DNA of 64,000 nt, taken from contig OZ024745.1 of NCBI GenBank assembly GCA_964016885.1, forward strand, positions 1,860,001 through 1,924,000, in the 5' to 3' direction. A program made the translations under genes and the position numbers. Position 1 is the first letter of the stretch; every line of letters begins with the position of its first letter. The stretch comes from Eledone cirrhosa (taxonomy: Eukaryota). Shown here in pieces: positions 29,001-43,398 of the stretch. A model generated the notes under the pieces. That model saw only the letters and a list, made by a program, of their open reading frames with translations, did not search any database and was not told the DNA's origin.

Positions 29001-32000
29001 TATATGTTATATGGAAGTGTAGGTATGTATATATGTTATATGGAAGTGTAGGTAGATATATATGTTATATGGAAGCGTAGGTATGTATATATGTTATATG
29101 GAAGTGTAGGTATATATATATGTTATATGGAATTGTAGGTATGTATATATGTTACATGGAAGGGTTGATATATATATATGTTATATGGAAGAGTAGGTTT
29201 ATATATATATGTTATATGGAAATGTAGGTATATATATATGTTATATGGAAGTGTAGGTACATATATATGTTATATGGAAGTGTTGGTATATATATATGTT
29301 ATATGGAAGTGTTGGTATATATATATATAAGTTATATGGAAGTGTAGGTACATATATATGTTATATGGAAGTGTAGGTATATATGTTGTATGGAAGTGTT
29401 GGTATATATATATTATATGGAAGTGTAGGTATATATATATATTATATGGAAGTGTAGGTACATATATATGTTATATGGAAGTGTAGGTATATATATATAT
29501 GTTATATGGAAGTCTTGGTATATATATATGTTATATGGAAATCTAGGTACATATATATTTTATATCGAAGTGTTGGTATATATATATATATATATATATA
29601 TTATATGGAAGTGTAGGTATATATATATCTGTTATATGGAAGTATAGGTATATATATATGTTATATGGAAGTGTTGGTATATATATATGTTATATGGAAG
29701 TGTTGGTATATATATATGTTATAAGGAAGTATAGGTATATATATATATGTTATATCGAAGTGTAGGTATATATATATGTTATATGGAAGTGTATGTATAT
29801 TTATATGTTATATGGAAGTGTTGGTATGTATATATGTTATATGGAAGTGCAGGTATATATATATTTTATATGGAAGTGTAGCTATATATATATGTTATAT
29901 GGAAGTGTAGGTACATATATATATGTGTTATATGGAAGTGTTGGTATATATATATGTTGTATGGAAGTGTTGGTATATATATATGTTGTATGGAAGTGTT
30001 GGTATATATATATGTTCTATAGAAGTGTAGATATATATATGTTATATGGAAGTGTAGGTATATTTTTTATGTTATATGGAAGTGTTGGTATATATATATA
30101 TGTTGTATGGAATTGTTGGTATATATGTATATGTTATATGGAAGTGTTGGTATATATATATGTTATATGGAAGTGTAGGTATATATGTGTTATATGGAAG
30201 TGTAGATATATATATATGTTGTATGGAAGTGTTGATATATATATATGTTGTATGGAAGTGTTGGTATATATATATGTTATATGGAAGTGTTGGTATATAT
30301 ATATATGTTATATGGAAGTGTAGGTATATTTATATGTTATATGGAAGTGTTGGTATATATATATGCTATATGGAAGTATAGGTATATATATATATGTTAT
30401 ATGGAAGTGTAGGTATATATATATGTTATATGGAAGTGTTGGTATATATATATGTTATATAGAAGTGTAGATATATATATGTTATATGGAAGTGTATATA
30501 TATATACATGTTATATGGAAGTGTAGGCATATATATATGTTATATGGAAGTGTTGGTATATATATATGTTATATGGAAGTGTTTTTATATATATATGCTA
30601 TATGGAAGTATAGGTATATATATATATGTTATATGGAAGTGTAGGTATATATATATGCTATATGGAAGTATAATTATATATATATATATTATATGGAAGT
30701 GTTGGTATAAATATATGTTATGTGGAAGTGTAGGTATATATGTGTAGATATATATATATGTTGTATGGAAGTGTTGCTATATATATATGTTATATGGAAC
30801 TGTTTTATATATATATTATATGGAATTGTTGGTATATATATATATGTTATATGGAAGTGTAGGTATATATATATATGTTATATGGAAGTGTAGTTATATT
30901 TATATGTTATATGGAAGTGTTGGTATATATATATGTTATATGGAAGTGTAGGTATATATATATATGTTATATAGAAGTGTAGGTATATATATATGTTGTA
31001 TGGAAGCGTTGGTATATATATATATTGTATAGACGTGTTGGTATATATATAATTTATATGGAAGAGTAGCAATATATATATATATATGTTATATGGAAGT
31101 GTAGGTATATATATATGTTATATGGAAGTGTAGGTATCTATATATATGTTGTATGGAAGTGTTGGTATATATATATTTTATATGGAAGTGTTGGTATATA
31201 TATATATGTTATATGGAAGTGTAGGTATAAATATATATGTTATATGGAAGTGTAGGTATATATATATGTTGTATGGAAGTGTTGGTATATATATATGTTA
31301 TATGGAAGTGTAGGTATATATATATGTTATATGGATGTGTTGGTATATATATATGTTATATGGAAGTGTAGGTATATATATATGTTATATGGAAGTGTAG
31401 CTCTATATATATGCTATATGGAAGTGTTGGTATATATATATATTGTATCGAAGTGTTGGTATATATATATATGTTATATGTAAGTGTAGGTATATATATA
31501 TATATATATATATATGTTATATGGAAGTGTATGTATATATATATATATGTTATATGGAAGTGTATGTATATTTATATGTTATATGGAAGTGTTGGTATAT
31601 ATATATGTTATATGGATGTGTAGGTATATATGTTATATGGAAGTGTAGGTACATATATGTTATATGAAAAGGTCGGTATATATATATGTCGTATGGAAGT
31701 GTAGGTATATATATATGTTATATGGCAGTGTATGTATATATATATGTTATATGGAAGTGTAGGTATATATATATATGTTATATGGAAGTGTAGGTATATA
31801 TATATGTTATATGGAAGTGTATGTATATATATATATAATATGGAAGTGTAGGTATATATATATGTTATATGGAAGTGTAGGTATATATATATGTTATATG
31901 GAAGTGTAGCTATATATATATGCTATATGGAAGTGTTGGTATATATATATGTTATACAAGGAAGTGTTGGTATATATATATATTATATGGAAGTGTAGGT

Positions 32001-35000
32001 ATATATATATATGTTATATGGAAGTGTATATATATATACATGTTATATGGAAGTGTAGGCATATATATATGTTATATGGAAGTGTTGGTATATATATATG
32101 TTATATGGAAGTGTTGGTATATATATATGTTATATGGAAGTGTTGGTATATATATATGTTATATGGAAGTGTAGGTATATATATATGTTATATGGAAGTG
32201 TTGGTATATATATATATATGTTATATGGAAGTGTAGGTATATATATATGTTATATGGAAGTGTAGTTATATATATATGTGATATGGAAGTGTAGGTATAT
32301 ATATATGTTATATGGAATTGTAGGTATGTATATATGTTATATGGAAGTGTTGGTATATATATATGTCATATGGAAGTGTAGGTATATATATATATGTTAC
32401 ATGGAAGTGTTGGTATATATATATATGTTATATGGAAGTGTTGGTATATATATATATGTTATATGGAAGTGTAGGTATGTATATATGTTATATGGAAGTG
32501 TAGGTAGATATATATGTTATATGGAAGCGTAGGTATGTATATATGTTATATGGAAGTGTAGGTATATATATATGTTATATGGAATTGTAGGTATGTATAT
32601 ATGTTACATGGAAGGGTTGATATATATATATGTTATATGGAAGAGTAGGTTTATATATATATGTTATATGGAAATGTAGGTATATATATATGTTATATGG
32701 AAGTGTAGGTACATATATATGTTATATGGAAGTGTTGGTATATATATATGTTATATGGAAGTGTTGGTATATATATATATAAGTTATATGGAAGTGTAGG
32801 TACATATATATGTTATATGGAAGTGTAGGTATATATGTTGTATGGAAGTGTTGGTATATATATATTATATGGAAGTGTAGGTATATATATATATTATATG
32901 GAAGTGTAGGTACATATATATGTTATATGGAAGTGTAGGTATATATATATATGTTATATGGAAGTCTTGGTATATATATATGTTATATGGAAATCTAGGT
33001 ACATATATATTTTATATCGAAGTGTTGGTATATATATATATATATATATATATTATATGGAAGTGTAGGTATATATATATCTGTTATATGGAAGTATAGG
33101 TATATATATATGTTATATGGAAGTGTTGGTATATATATATGTTATATGGAAGTGTTGGTATATATATATGTTATAAGGAAGTATAGGTATATATATATAT
33201 GTTATATCGAAGTGTAGGTATATATATATGTTATATGGAAGTGTATGTATATTTATATGTTATATGGAAGTGTTGGTATGTATATATGTTATATGGAAGT
33301 GCAGGTATATATATATTTTATATGGAAGTGTAGCTATATATATATGTTATATGGAAGTGTAGGTACATATATATATGTGTTATATGGAAGTGTTGGTATA
33401 TATATATGTTGTATGGAAGTGTTGGTATATATATATGTTGTATGGAAGTGTTGGTATATATATATGTTCTATAGAAGTGTAGATATATATATGTTATATG
33501 GAAGTGTAGGTATATTTTTTATGTTATATGGAAGTGTTGGTATATATATATATGTTGTATGGAATTGTTGGTATATATGTATATGTTATATGGAAGTGTT
33601 GGTATATATATATGTTATATGGAAGTGTAGGTATATATGTGTTATATGGAAGTGTAGATATATATATATGTTGTATGGAAGTGTTGATATATATATATGT
33701 TGTATGGAAGTGTTGGTATATATATATGTTATATGGAAGTGTTGGTATATATATATATGTTATATGGAAGTGTAGGTATATTTATATGTTATATGGAAGT
33801 GTTGGTATATATATATGCTATATGGAAGTATAGGTATATATATATATGTTATATGGAAGTGTAGGTATATATATATGTTATATGGAAGTGTTGGTATATA
33901 TATATGTTATATAGAAGTGTAGATATATATATGTTATATGGAAGTGTATATATATATACATGTTATATGGAAGTGTAGGCATATATATATGTTATATGGA
34001 AGTGTTGGTATATATATATGTTATATGGAAGTGTTTTTATATATATATGCTATATGGAAGTATAGGTATATATATATATGTTATATGGAAGTGTAGGTAT
34101 ATATATATGCTATATGGAAGTATAATTATATATATATATATTATATGGAAGTGTTGGTATAAATATATGTTATGTGGAAGTGTAGGTATATATGTGTAGA
34201 TATATATATATGTTGTATGGAAGTGTTGCTATATATATATGTTATATGGAACTGTTTTATATATATATTATATGGAATTGTTGGTATATATATATATGTT
34301 ATATGGAAGTGTAGGTATATATATATATGTTATATGGAAGTGTAGTTATATTTATATGTTATATGGAAGTGTTGGTATATATATATGTTATATGGAAGTG
34401 TAGGTATATATATATATGTTATATAGAAGTGTAGGTATATATATATGTTGTATGGAAGCGTTGGTATATATATATATTGTATAGACGTGTTGGTATATAT
34501 ATAATTTATATGGAAGAGTAGCAATATATATATATATATGTTATATGGAAGTGTAGGTATATATATATGTTATATGGAAGTGTAGGTATCTATATATATG
34601 TTGTATGGAAGTGTTGGTATATATATATTTTATATGGAAGTGTTGGTATATATATATATGTTATATGGAAGTGTAGGTATAAATATATATGTTATATGGA
34701 AGTGTAGGTATATATATATGTTGTATGGAAGTGTAGCTCTATATATATGCTATATGGAAGTGTTGGTATATATGTATGTTATACAAGGAAGTGTTGGTAT
34801 ATATATATATTATATGGAAGTGTAGGTATATATATATATGTTATATGGAAGTGTATATATATATACATGTTATATGGAAGTGTAGGCATATATATATGTT
34901 ATATGGAAGTGTTGGTATATATATATGTTATATGGAAGTGTTGGTATATATATATTTTATATGGAAGTGTTGGTATATATATATGTTATATGGAAGTGTA

Positions 35001-38000
35001 GGTATATATATATGTTATATGGAAGTGTTGGTATATATATATATATGTTATATGGAAGTGTAGGTATATATATATGTTATATGGAAGTGTAGTTATATAT
35101 ATATGTGATATGGAAGTGTAGGTATATATATATGTTATATGGAATTGTAGGTATGTATATATGTTATATGGAAGTGTTGGTATATATATATGTCATATGG
35201 AAGTGTAGTTATATATATATATGTTACATGGAAGTGTTGGTATATATATATATGTTATATGGAAGTGTTGGTATATATATATATGTTATATGGAAGTGTA
35301 GGTATGTATATATGTTATATGGAAGTGTAGGTATATATATATGTTATATGGAATTGTAGGTATGTATATATGTTACATGGAAGGGTTGATATATATATAT
35401 GTTATATGGAAGAGTAGGTTTATATATATATGTTATATGGAAATGTAGGTATATATATATGTTATATGGAAGTGTAGGTACATATATATGTTATATGGAA
35501 GTGTTGGTATATATATATGTTATATGGAAGTGTTGGTATATATATATATAAGTTATATGGAAGTGTAGGTACATATATATGTTATATGGAAGTGTAGGTA
35601 TATATGTTGTATGGAAGTGTTGGTATATATATATTATATGGAAGTGTAGGTATATATATATATTATATGGAAGTGTAGGTACATATATATGTTATATGGA
35701 AGTGTAGGTATATATATATATGTTATATGGAAGTCTTGGTATATATATATGTTATATGGAAATCTAGGTACATATATATGTTATATCGAAATGTTGGTAT
35801 ATATATATATATATATATTATATGGAAGTGTAGGTATATATATATCTGTTATATGGAAGTATAGGTATATATATATGTTATATGGAAGTGTTGGTATATA
35901 TATATGTTATATGGAAGTGTTGGTATATATATATGTTATAAGGAAGTATAGGTATATATATATATGTTATATCGAAGTGTAGGTATATATATATGTTATA
36001 TGGAAGTGTATGTATATTTATATGTTATATGGAAGTGTTGGTATGTATATATGTTATATGGAAGTGCAGGTATATATATATTTTATATGGAAGTGTAGCT
36101 ATATATATATGTTATATGGAAGTGTAGGTACATATATATATGTGTTATATGGAAGTGTTGGTATATATATATCTTGTATGGAAGTGTTGGTATATATATA
36201 TGTTGTATGGAAGTGTTGGTATATATATATGTTCTATAGAAGTGTAGATATATATATGTTATAGGGAAGTGTAGGTATATTTTTTATGTTATATGGAAGT
36301 GTTGGTATATATATATATGTTGTATGGAATTGTTGGTATATATGTATATGTTATATGGAAGTGTTGGTATATATATATATGTTATATGGAAGTGTAGGTA
36401 TATATGTGTTATATGGAAGTGTAGATATATATATATGTTGTATGGAAGTGTTGATATATATATATGTTGTATGGGAGTGTTGGTATATATATATGTTATA
36501 TGGAAGTGTTGGTATATATATATATGTTATATGGAAGTGTAGGTATATTTATATGTTATATGGAAGTGTTGGTATATATATATGCTATATGGAAGTATAG
36601 GTATATATATATATGTTATATGGAAGTGTAGGTATATATATATGTTATATGGAAGTGTTGGTATATATATATGTTATATAGAAGTGTAGATATATATATG
36701 TTATATGGAAGTGTATATATATATACATGTTATATGGAAGTGTAGGCATATATATATGTTATATGGAAGTGTTGGTATATATATATGTTATATGGAAGTG
36801 TTTTTATATATATATGCTATATGGAAGTATAGGTATATATATATATGTTATATGGAAGTGTAGGTATATATATATGCTATATGGAAGTATAATTATATAT
36901 ATATATATTATATGGAAGTGTTGGTATAAATATATGTTATGTGGAAGTGTAGGTATATATGTGTAGATATATATATATGTTGTATGGAAGTGTTGCTATA
37001 TATATATGTTATATGGAACTGTTTTATATATATATTATATGGAATTGTTGGTATATATATATATGTTATATGGAAGTGTAGGTATATATATATATGTTAT
37101 ATGGAAGTGTAGTTATATTTATATGTTATATGGAAGTGTTGGTATATATATATGTTATATGGAAGTGTAGGTATATATATATATGTTATATAGAAGTGTA
37201 GGTATATATATATGTTGTATGGAAGCGTTGGTATATATATATATTGTATAGACGTGTTGGTATATATATAATTTATATGGAAGAGTAGCAATATATATAT
37301 ATATATGTTATATGGAAGTGTAGGTATATATATATGTTATATGGAAGTGTAGGTATCTATATATATGTTGTATGGAAGTGTTGGTATATATATATTTTAT
37401 ATGGAAGTGTTGGTATATATATATATGTTATATGGAAGTGTAGGTATAAATATATATGTTATATGGAAGTGTAGGTATATATATATGTTGTATGGAAGTG
37501 TTGGTATATATATATGTTATATGGAAGTGTAGGTATATATATATGTTATATGGATGTGTTGGTATATATATATGTTATATGGAAGTGTAGGTATATATAT
37601 ATATTATATGGAAGTGTAGATATATATATATGTTATATGGAAGTGGAGGTATATATATATGTTATATGGAAGTATAGATATATATATATGTAATATGGAA
37701 GTGTATATATATATATATTATATGGAAGTGTTGGTATATATATATGTTATATGGAAGTGTTGTTATATACATATGTTATATGGTATGTGTTGGTATATAT
37801 ATGTGTTATATGGAAGTGTAGATATATATGTGTTATATGGTAGTGTTGGTATATATATATGTTGTATGGAAGTGTTGGTATATATATATATGTTATATGG
37901 AAGTGTTGGTATATATATATTATATGGAAGTGTATGTATATATATATGTTATATGGAAGTGTAGGTATATTTATATGTTATATGGAAGTGTTGGTATATA

Positions 38001-41000
38001 TATATGTTATATGGAAGTGTAGATATATATATATGTTATATAGAAGTGTAGGTATATATATGTTATATGGAAGTGTAGATATATATATATGTTATATGGA
38101 AGTGTAGATATATATATATGTTATATGGAAGTGTAGATATATATATATGTTATATGGAAGTGTAGGTATATATATATGTTATATGGAAGTGTAGATATAT
38201 ATATATGTTATATGGAAGTGTAGGTATATATATATGTTATATGGAAGTGTAGGTATAAATAGATATGTTATATGGAAGTGGAGGTATATATATATGTTAT
38301 ATGGGAGTGTAGGTATATATATATGTGATATGGAAGTGTAGATATATATATATGTTGTATGGAAGTGGTGGTATATATATATTATATGGAAGTGTAGGTA
38401 TATATATATGTTTATATGGAAGTGTAGGTATATATGTTATATGGAAGTGTAGGTATATATATGTTATATGGAAGTGTAGATATATTTATATGTTATATGG
38501 AAGTGTTGGTATATATATATGTTATATGGAAGTGTAGGTATCTATATATATGTTGTATAGAAGTGTTGGTATATATATATGTTATATGGAAGTCTAGGTA
38601 TATATATATATATGTTGTATGGAAGTGTTGGTATATATATATATGTTATATGGAAGTGTAGGTATATATTTATGTTATATGGAAAGGTATGTATATATAT
38701 ATGTTATATGGAAGTGTAGGTATATATATATGTTATATGGAAGTGTAGGTATATATATATATATGTTGTATGGAAGCGTAGGTATACATATATATGTTAT
38801 ATCGAAGTGTATATATATACATATGTTGTATGGAAGTGTTGGTATATATATATGTTATATGGAAGTGTAGCATATATATATATGTTATATAGAAATGTAT
38901 ATATATATATATATGTTATATGGGAGTGTTGGTATATATATATGTTATAAGGAAATGTATATATATATATATATGTGCGTTATATGGAAGTGGTGGTATA
39001 TATATATGTTATATGGAAGTGTTGGTATTTATATATATAATATGGAAGTGTAGGTATATATATATGTTATATGGAAGTGTAGGTATATATATATGTTATA
39101 TGGAAGTGTAGGTACATATATATGCTATATGGAAGTGTTGGTATATATATATGTTATATGGAAGTGTTGGTATTTATATATATAATATGGAAGTGTAGTA
39201 TATATATATATGTTATATGGAAGTGTATATATATATATATATACATGTTATATGGAAGTGTAGGTATATATATATGTTATATGGAAGAGTAGGTACATAT
39301 ATATGTAACATGGAAGTGTTGGTATATATATATATTGTATCGAAGTGTTGGTATATATATATATGTTATATGTAAGTGTAGGTATATATATATATATATA
39401 TATATATGTTATATGGAAGTGTATGTATATATATATATATGTTATATGGAAGTGTATGTATATTTATATGTTATATGGAAGTGTTGGTATATATATATGT
39501 TATATGGAAGTGTAGGTATATATGTTATATGGAAGTGTAGGTACATATATATATGTTATATGAAAAGGTCGGTATATATATATGTCGTATGGAAGTGTAG
39601 GTATATATATATGTTATATGGAAGTGTAGGTATATATATATGTTATATGGAAGTGTAGGTATATATATATGTTATATGGAAGTGTATGTATATATATATG
39701 TTATATGGAAGTGTAGGTATATATATATATGTTATATGGAAGTGTAGGTATATATATATATGTTATATGGAAGTGTATGTATATATATATATAATATGGA
39801 AGTGTAGGTATATATATATGTTTTATGGAAGTGTAGGTATATATATATGTTATATGGAAGTGTAGCTATATATATATGCTATATGGAAGTGTTGGTATAT
39901 ATATATGTTATACAAGGAAGTGTTGGGATATATATATATTATATGGAAGTGTAGGTATATATATATATGTTATATGGAAGTGTATATATATATACATGTT
40001 ATATGGAAGTGTAGGTATATATATATGTTATATGGAAGTGTTGGTATATATATATGTTATATGGAAGTGTTGGTATATATATATATGTTATATGGAAGTG
40101 TTGGTATATATATATATGTTATATGGAAGTGTTGGTATATATATATATGTTATATGGAAGTGTAGGTATGTATATATGTTATATGGAAGTGTAGGTATAT
40201 ATATATGTTATATGGAAGCGTAGGTATATATATATGTTATATGGAAGTGTAGGTATATATATATGTTATATGGAAGTGTAGGTATATATATATGTTATAT
40301 GGAAGCGTAGGTATGTATATATGTTATATGGAAGTGTAGGTTTATATATATATGTTATATGGAAGTGTAGGTATATATATATGTTATATGGAAGTGTTGG
40401 TATATATATATGTTATATGGAAGTGTAGGTATATATATATGTTATATGGAAGCGTAGGTATATATATATGTTATATGGAAGTGTAGGTATATATATATGT
40501 TATATGGAAGCGTAGGTATATATATATGTTATATGGAAGTGTAGGTATATATATATGTTATATGGAAGCGTAGGTATGTATATATGTTATATGGAAGTGT
40601 AGGTTTATATATATATGTTATATGGAAGTGTAGGTATATATATATGTTATATGGAAGTGTAGGTATATATATATGTTATATGGAAGTGTAGGTATATATA
40701 TATGTTATATGGACGCGTAGGTATATATATATGTTATATGGAAGTGTAGGTATATATATATGTTATATGGAAGCGTAGGTATGTATATATGTTATATGGA
40801 AGTGTAGGTATATATATATGTTATATGGAAGTGTAGGTATGTATATATGTTATATGGAAGTGTAGGTATATATATATGTTATATGGAAGTGTAGGTATGT
40901 ATATATGTTATATGGAAGTGTAGGTATATATATATGTTATATGGAAGCGTAGGTATATATATATGTTATATGGAAGTGTAGGTATATATATATGTTATAT

Positions 41001-41477
41001 GGAAGCGTAGGTATGTATATATGTTATATGGAAGTGTAGGTTTATATATATATGTTATATGGAAGTGTAGGTATATATATATGTTATATGGAAGTGTAGG
41101 TATATATATATGTTATATGGAAGTGTAGGTATATATATATGTTATATGGACGCGTAGGTATATATATATGTTATATGGAAGTGTAGGTATATATATATGT
41201 TATATGGAAGCGTAGGTATGTATATATGTTATATGGAAGTGTAGGTATATATATATGTTATATGGAAGTGTAGGTATGTATATATGTTATATGGAAGTGT
41301 AGGTATATATATATGTTATATGGAAGTGTAGGTATGTATATATGTTATATGGAAGTGTAGGTATATATATATGTTATATGGAAGTGTAGGTATATATATA
41401 TGTTACATGGATGTGTTGATATATATATATGTTATATGGAAGTGTAGGTATATATATATATGTTATATGGAAGTGTT

Positions 41478-41480
<3 letters not shown>
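20047..41480 (+). repeat. About 21.4 kb satellite, ~29-bp unit GTTATATGGAAGTGT(A/T)GG(TA)n, with higher-order duplications
   Basis: Roughly 700 or more units; identical spurious ORFs recur at a fixed 3452-bp offset (27991/31443, 29793/33245, 30508/33960). Confidence 0.97.
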
Positions 41481-41516
<36 letters not shown>

Positions 41517-41523
<7 letters not shown>

Positions 41524-41710
41524 AAAGTCTGCTTTAAGCCAGAAGGCTCATTTGGCCGGTGCTTATCCCGGTGTCATGGCGTGAAGCGACTGAGAGTACA
41601 AGACCCCCCCCCCCCCTGGATAGGACGCCAGTTCATCGCAGAGTTAAACCTCCAGCCATTGCTGGTACTCATTTTCACCTGAGTAAACTGGAGCAACGTT
41701 AAAGAAAGTG

Positions 41711-41712
<2 letters not shown>
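41517..41712 (-). mobile_element. 5'-truncated SINE, probably Nin/Deu-domain type
   Basis: GCCGGTGCTTATCCCGG..ATGGCGTGAAGCGACT..CCCCCTGGATAGGACGCCAGTTCATCGCAG..GGTACTCATTT resembles, from recall, the reverse strand of invertebrate Nin-SINEs. Inserted in (TA)n. Confidence 0.6.
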
Positions 41713-41778
<66 letters not shown>

Positions 41779-41782
<4 letters not shown>

Positions 41783-42046
41783 AACACTTCCATATAACAT
41801 ATATATATATACCTACACTTCCATATAACATATATATATATCAACACATCCATGTAACATATATACATACCTACACTTCCATATAACATATATATATACC
41901 TACACTTCCATATAACATATATACATACCTACACTTCCATATAACATATATATATATACCAACACTTCCATATAACATATATATATATACCAACACTTCC
42001 ATATAACATATATATATATACCAACACTTCCATATAACATATATAT
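41779..42046 (-). repeat. Inverted block of the 29-bp TA-rich satellite
   Basis: CC(A/T)ACACTTCCATATAAC units, including the mirror image of the rare variant GTTACATGGATGTGTTGA at 41402. Confidence 0.92.
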
Positions 42047-42189
42047 ATGGTCCACCTGGTTCCTTACCACATTTCCTTCGTTATATATATATATATAACG
42101 AAGGAAATGTGGTAAGGAACCAGGTGGACCATAACGCACCAAAGTACTCAATAGTTGAGGTAGTAGAGTGGGTAATAGGAACCAGTAAG

Positions 42190-42283
42190 ACCCCGACAGC
42201 TGAGCTCAAGCCGTTTCGACGGCTAATTCTGGACTAAATGAAAATTTATCCTGGTATTTAAATAGCCGATCTTCTCAAGGGGT
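42190..42283 (-). ncRNA. Non-canonical (U3-A8) type I hammerhead ribozyme
   Basis: Reverse complement of 46747-46840. Confidence 0.72.
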
Positions 42284-43398
42284 AATTGCATATATGGTCA
42301 AAGTGATTTTCAAAAATCAGTAGTAATTCTGTGGTTGCAAATTAGTAGGGGAGATGGTGGCTAAACCTGCCAGTAGGAGAAAGAGGGGAGGGGGTGGAGT
42401 AGCCCCAATCAAGCGTTTGTAGTGCCAGCTACAGCTGGGCATGAGGTCAAAGAAGATACAGGGGGAGGGGGAGGAATTCGGAACGGTAGGTAGAATAATG
42501 GGGGGTAGAAATATATAGGAAAGAAAAAATACTGAGAGTGAAGAAAAGCAAATAAGTGTAAAGAAAAACAAATGAGTGTAAAGAAAAAAGTAAAGTAAAT
42601 TAAATTCTACGACCTAGGTCTCAGGCTATTGTTAGGCTAGAATAAATAAATAAAGAAAGAAAGAAAGAAGTAAAGAAAGAAATAAAGAAATAACGAAATA
42701 AGTAAAAGAACTAGGTGGGACGAAATAGGCGAGGACCCTTTTAAGAGGTATAAGTACGTAAATGATACGGTGACGGGTCAACAAAAGGGGCCAAAATACT
42801 AAAGAGACTACCACGAAATAAACAATAAAGGTTTCCATCCCGGGCACAATTCCAGCAACCACCCAGTGCAGCAAAGTGAACTAATACGAGATAATAATTC
42901 TGAGTCCCGAGAAAAATATATACTAATGCTAACTCTAAAAGATCTAAAACAATGAAAGTTCGTACGAAGTAAAGGTAGAATACGGAAGAATAAATTCAGA
43001 ATCCACCCCGCCCAAAAGAAAAGCGAAGAAAGAAATACTGAAACGAAAAAATAAGGCATAAGTGCCACTAAGAAATATAGAGGGCACAGAGAATAGTGGG
43101 AGCGGTCGGAAAAAGGGGACAAGTATCCGGGGTCTAAACCAACTGCTATAAAGGGCGGAGTCCGCCAAATCTATCCTAGACTAGGGGAGGGGGTGGGGGT
43201 ACAAAGGCTACAAGGGGCCAAAGGGCAGCCTCGGGTGGGCGAGAAAAGACGCCGACAAAGGAGAAGAGCTGGGGTAGAAGGACTAAGGAGAGAGGGGGGA
43301 AGGAAGGAAATAAAGGAAGCGATAAAAGAATACAAAGAAGATCTTACATCTCCCTTGGCAAGCAGGGGTTACCCATTGCAAAATCGGCAAGTGGGGTG

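Noticed and set aside
21077-41889. Many MLYGSVGIY ORFs
   Set aside because: Satellite translations in all frames; used only as markers of higher-order duplication.
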